37,244 nucleotides of DNA, taken from a virus. Lineage: Duplodnaviria > Caudoviricetes. Below the pieces are notes generated by a model. That model did not search any database and was not told the origin of the DNA. It saw only the letters and a program-made list of their open reading frames with translations. The translations under genes were made by a program, and so were the position numbers. Of this stretch, positions 35,531 to 37,244 are shown piece by piece; positions within the stretch are counted from its first letter, which is position 1, and each line of letters opens with the position of its first letter. Where the stretch lies: positions 1 through 37,244 of IMG/VR virus record IMGVR_UViG_3300043429_000004. One strand, written 5' to 3'.

Positions 35531-36267
35531 TATGCTGCGTCCTTCTGTGCGGGGACAACCATCGGGTAGAGGATATCATCGCCGTAGTTGCCGATATATT
35601 CCTGTACGCCCATGTGGCCCAGTGTGATTGTGGGGTCTACCCACACTTCAAAACCAAGTTCCCGTGCACGGTCGCAGAAGAGGAAGTCCTCTCCGATGTA
35701 ACCTTCGTCGGTGACGAGGAAGTCGAACATAGCGTTTAGCATGCGGTCGGACCGCGTGTCGTAGTAGCTCCACTCTGGGTGGGCCTCTGACATCTGCTCA
35801 AACACTTCACGACGCACGAGCATAAAGGCTGTCGCCACGCGCTTTGCACGTACTAGGCCCATCTGGTTCATGGTGAGTTGGTTGTTCTCGTCGTGGTCGA
35901 GAGTAGCAATATAAGTTTTGGTTTCGCTGCGCGTACGGGGCACCGCAGCTACAATACCCTTCTTAGGGTCTGTACCCCACGCCATGAGGCGGAATACGTC
36001 TTCTGGCTCGAAGTTAATGTCCGAGTCGATGAACATGAGGTAGTCGCACTTGGACTCAAGCAGGTCTTGCGCCAGCAGGTTGCGCGCACGAGAAACAACC
36101 GAACACCCGCATATGCTGCCGATGTGAAGTTCAACTCCGTGTGCCGCAGCCTGCTGAGCAAAGCGTGCAAGAGAAACAGCTAGCTTCAAGGACACCTTGA
36201 AGTCGTACGCTGGAAGAGCGATGAAGACGCTCTTACCAGCTAAGTCGTAGCTTTGTTCCTGCTGCAT
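35530..36267 (-). CDS. GT-A fold glycosyltransferase (GT2-like)
   Basis: VFIALP, SRARNLL, YLMFIDSDI (DxD), TAFMLVRREVF, GEDFLFC, LGHMG. Confidence 0.85.
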   Translation of the reverse strand: MQQEQSYDLAGKSVFIALPAYDFKVSLKLAVSLARFAQQAAAHGVELHIGSICGCSVVSRARNLLAQDLLESKCDYLMFIDSDINFEPEDVFRLMAWGTDPKKGIVAAVPRTRSETKTYIATLDHDENNQLTMNQMGLVRAKRVATAFMLVRREVFEQMSEAHPEWSYYDTRSDRMLNAMFDFLVTDEGYIGEDFLFCDRARELGFEVWVDPTITLGHMGVQEYIGNYGDDILYPMVVPAQKDAA

Positions 36268-36270
36268 ATA

Positions 36271-36552
36271 TCACCCGTAGAATACGGAGACTGAGCAGTT
36301 CGTCAACGCAGCGTAAACGTTGGTTTCGAACAGCACACCCTCACCGGGGATAAACACAGTATGAAAAGCCGCAGTAGCGGGTAAATCAACTTCGATCTGT
36401 GTTGTACCACCAGAACCACCATCCTTAAGAATGACGGAACCGGCAGTAGTGCCACCCGAAGTGATAACCATACCTTTGACACGTGTGCGGTAGCCTACAA
36501 GGCTACCACTAGCGTTCGCGTGTACGTTCTTGACGTCATATTGCATACCCAT
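36271..36552 (-). CDS. Small beta-rich virion protein (capsid decoration/spike-base-like)
   Basis: AGGAGA RBS. RVKG...LKDGG..G...IPGEGVLF...FYG. Second gene after the capsid gene. Confidence 0.65.
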   Translation of the reverse strand: MGMQYDVKNVHANASGSLVGYRTRVKGMVITSGGTTAGSVILKDGGSGGTTQIEVDLPATAAFHTVFIPGEGVLFETNVYAALTNCSVSVFYG

Positions 36553-36580
36553 CGGGTTTCTCCTTCTTAGAGGCTACCGA

Positions 36581-36934
36581 TTAGGCTGCGGTCGAAAGCG
36601 CCGTCCATGTGGTCGAGCCGTTTGTATTGATATACGCACGGTCAGCAACGCCTGAACCATCGCTACGCAGGTAGAGCGAACCCTTGGCAGCAGCGATAGT
36701 CGGAGCGCCTGAACCCATGTAGACACCCATACCAGCAGCAGTGTTTGTGCCGATGAAAGCAGCAGCGCCGCCAGCCGTGAGAGCCGAACCGCTAAGAGCA
36801 GTGACCGTGCTGGTTGCAGTGATTGCTGCACCGATGGTGCCGGTAACAGTTACCGCGCCGGTTGTGGCGTTGATTGAAATTGTTTGGAAGCCGTTCTCTG
36901 AACGAACTGGACCGTTAAATGTGGTATTAGCCAT
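36581..36934 (-). CDS. Putative capsid decoration / head fibre protein
   Basis: MANTTFNGPVRSENGF N-terminus and GSGAPT.AA.KGSLYLR.DG...YIN..G...W C-terminal module. AGGAGA RBS. First gene after the capsid gene. Confidence 0.7.
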   Translation of the reverse strand: MANTTFNGPVRSENGFQTISINATTGAVTVTGTIGAAITATSTVTALSGSALTAGGAAAFIGTNTAAGMGVYMGSGAPTIAAAKGSLYLRSDGSGVADRAYINTNGSTTWTALSTAA

Positions 36935-36940
36935 GATTTA

Positions 36941-37020
36941 TCTCCTGTGTAGTAGCACTCGTACGTACCGTCTCTACTAAGTCCGCTGGGCCGGTCGGTA
37001 CGAATATTGTTCCCTAGTAG
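36941..37020 (-). ncRNA. Putative structured cis-regulatory leader RNA
   Basis: CGTACCG/CGGTACG stem enclosing a CCG/CGG mini-hairpin and a TAGTAG segment complementary to two flanking CTACTA copies, one next to the RBS. Confidence 0.4.
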
Positions 37021-37034
37021 CGTAGATATACCAC

Positions 37035-37072
37035 AAACAAAAAAGAAGGGAAGAGATTTCTCTCCTCCCTTC
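37035..37072 (-). terminator. Rho-independent terminator after the major capsid gene
   Basis: Minus strand GAAGGGAGGAGA-GAAA-TCTCTTCCCTTC-TTTTTTGTTT: a 12-bp stem with one G-U pair, a GNRA loop and a U-tract. Confidence 0.9.
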
Positions 37073-37108
37073 CCCCCGTTCCCTTGAGCTACGCTCTCGG
37101 GGAAACTA

Positions 37109-37244
37109 TTAGGCTGCGCCTTCGCTGCCGTACATACCCAGAGGGTCTGACCAGCCGAACGAATAACGCTCACGAGCCTTGTAACGAACGTTACCAGTAT
37201 CGAAGTCACCGTCCATGCCCGTCGCCATTGGCGTACGAACAAAG
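37109..37244 (-). CDS. Major capsid protein, C-terminal 44 aa (Mu gpT-like HK97 fold); 5' part lies outside the window
   Basis: Hand translation FVRTPMATGMDGDFDTGNVRYKARERYSFGWSDPLGMYGSEGAA*, followed by a second stop and a strong terminator. Not present in the ORF track. Confidence 0.88.
   Translation of the reverse strand, partial: FVRTPMATGMDGDFDTGNVRYKARERYSFGWSDPLGMYGSEGAA

Noticed and set aside
36850-37242. 130-aa minus-strand ORF in the track
   Set aside because: Wrong frame. The capsid C-terminus is in a neighbouring frame ending at 37109, and this ORF runs through a terminator and into the next gene.
1-37244. tRNA, rRNA, integrase, stop-codon reassignment
   Set aside because: None recognised. 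Genes tile densely under the standard code, and TAA, TAG and TGA are all used as stops.

Overview
This window is a 37-kb stretch of a tailed dsDNA phage genome (Caudoviricetes). It looks podovirus-like: there is no tape-measure, tube or sheath gene, but there are large internal ejection proteins and a P22 gp10-like tail nozzle. Bases 1-5543 (+ strand) hold the end of a replication module: SNF2-type helicase, coiled-coil protein, SSB-like protein, HTH protein and an AEP primase/DUF927 helicase, closed by an intrinsic terminator. Bases 5622-37244 (- strand) hold one convergent, tightly coupled late operon. In transcription order it runs: major capsid C-terminus and terminator, a structured leader, two decoration-like proteins, a GT-A glycosyltransferase, a cluster of small Lys-rich proteins, two head-tail adaptor-like proteins, tail fibre and Gly-rich adhesin genes, a three-gene exported/membrane cassette, a holin-like gene and GH19 endolysin, more fibre genes, the nozzle, and four internal virion proteins. 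These include an SLT transglycosylase and a 2186-aa protein with a zincin motif. The most notable signals are: (i) a duplicated fibre-tip domain followed each time by a gene starting MTGIMC, with a third copy fused in cis, suggesting a plug-and-socket adhesin system; (ii) a [FMYL]-[AKS]-x-G-G peptide motif repeated about 15 times across six unrelated late proteins; (iii) the exported three-gene cassette next to the lysis genes; (iv) a switch-like structured RNA leader downstream of the capsid terminator. Family assignments come from motif recognition by eye, not from database searches.
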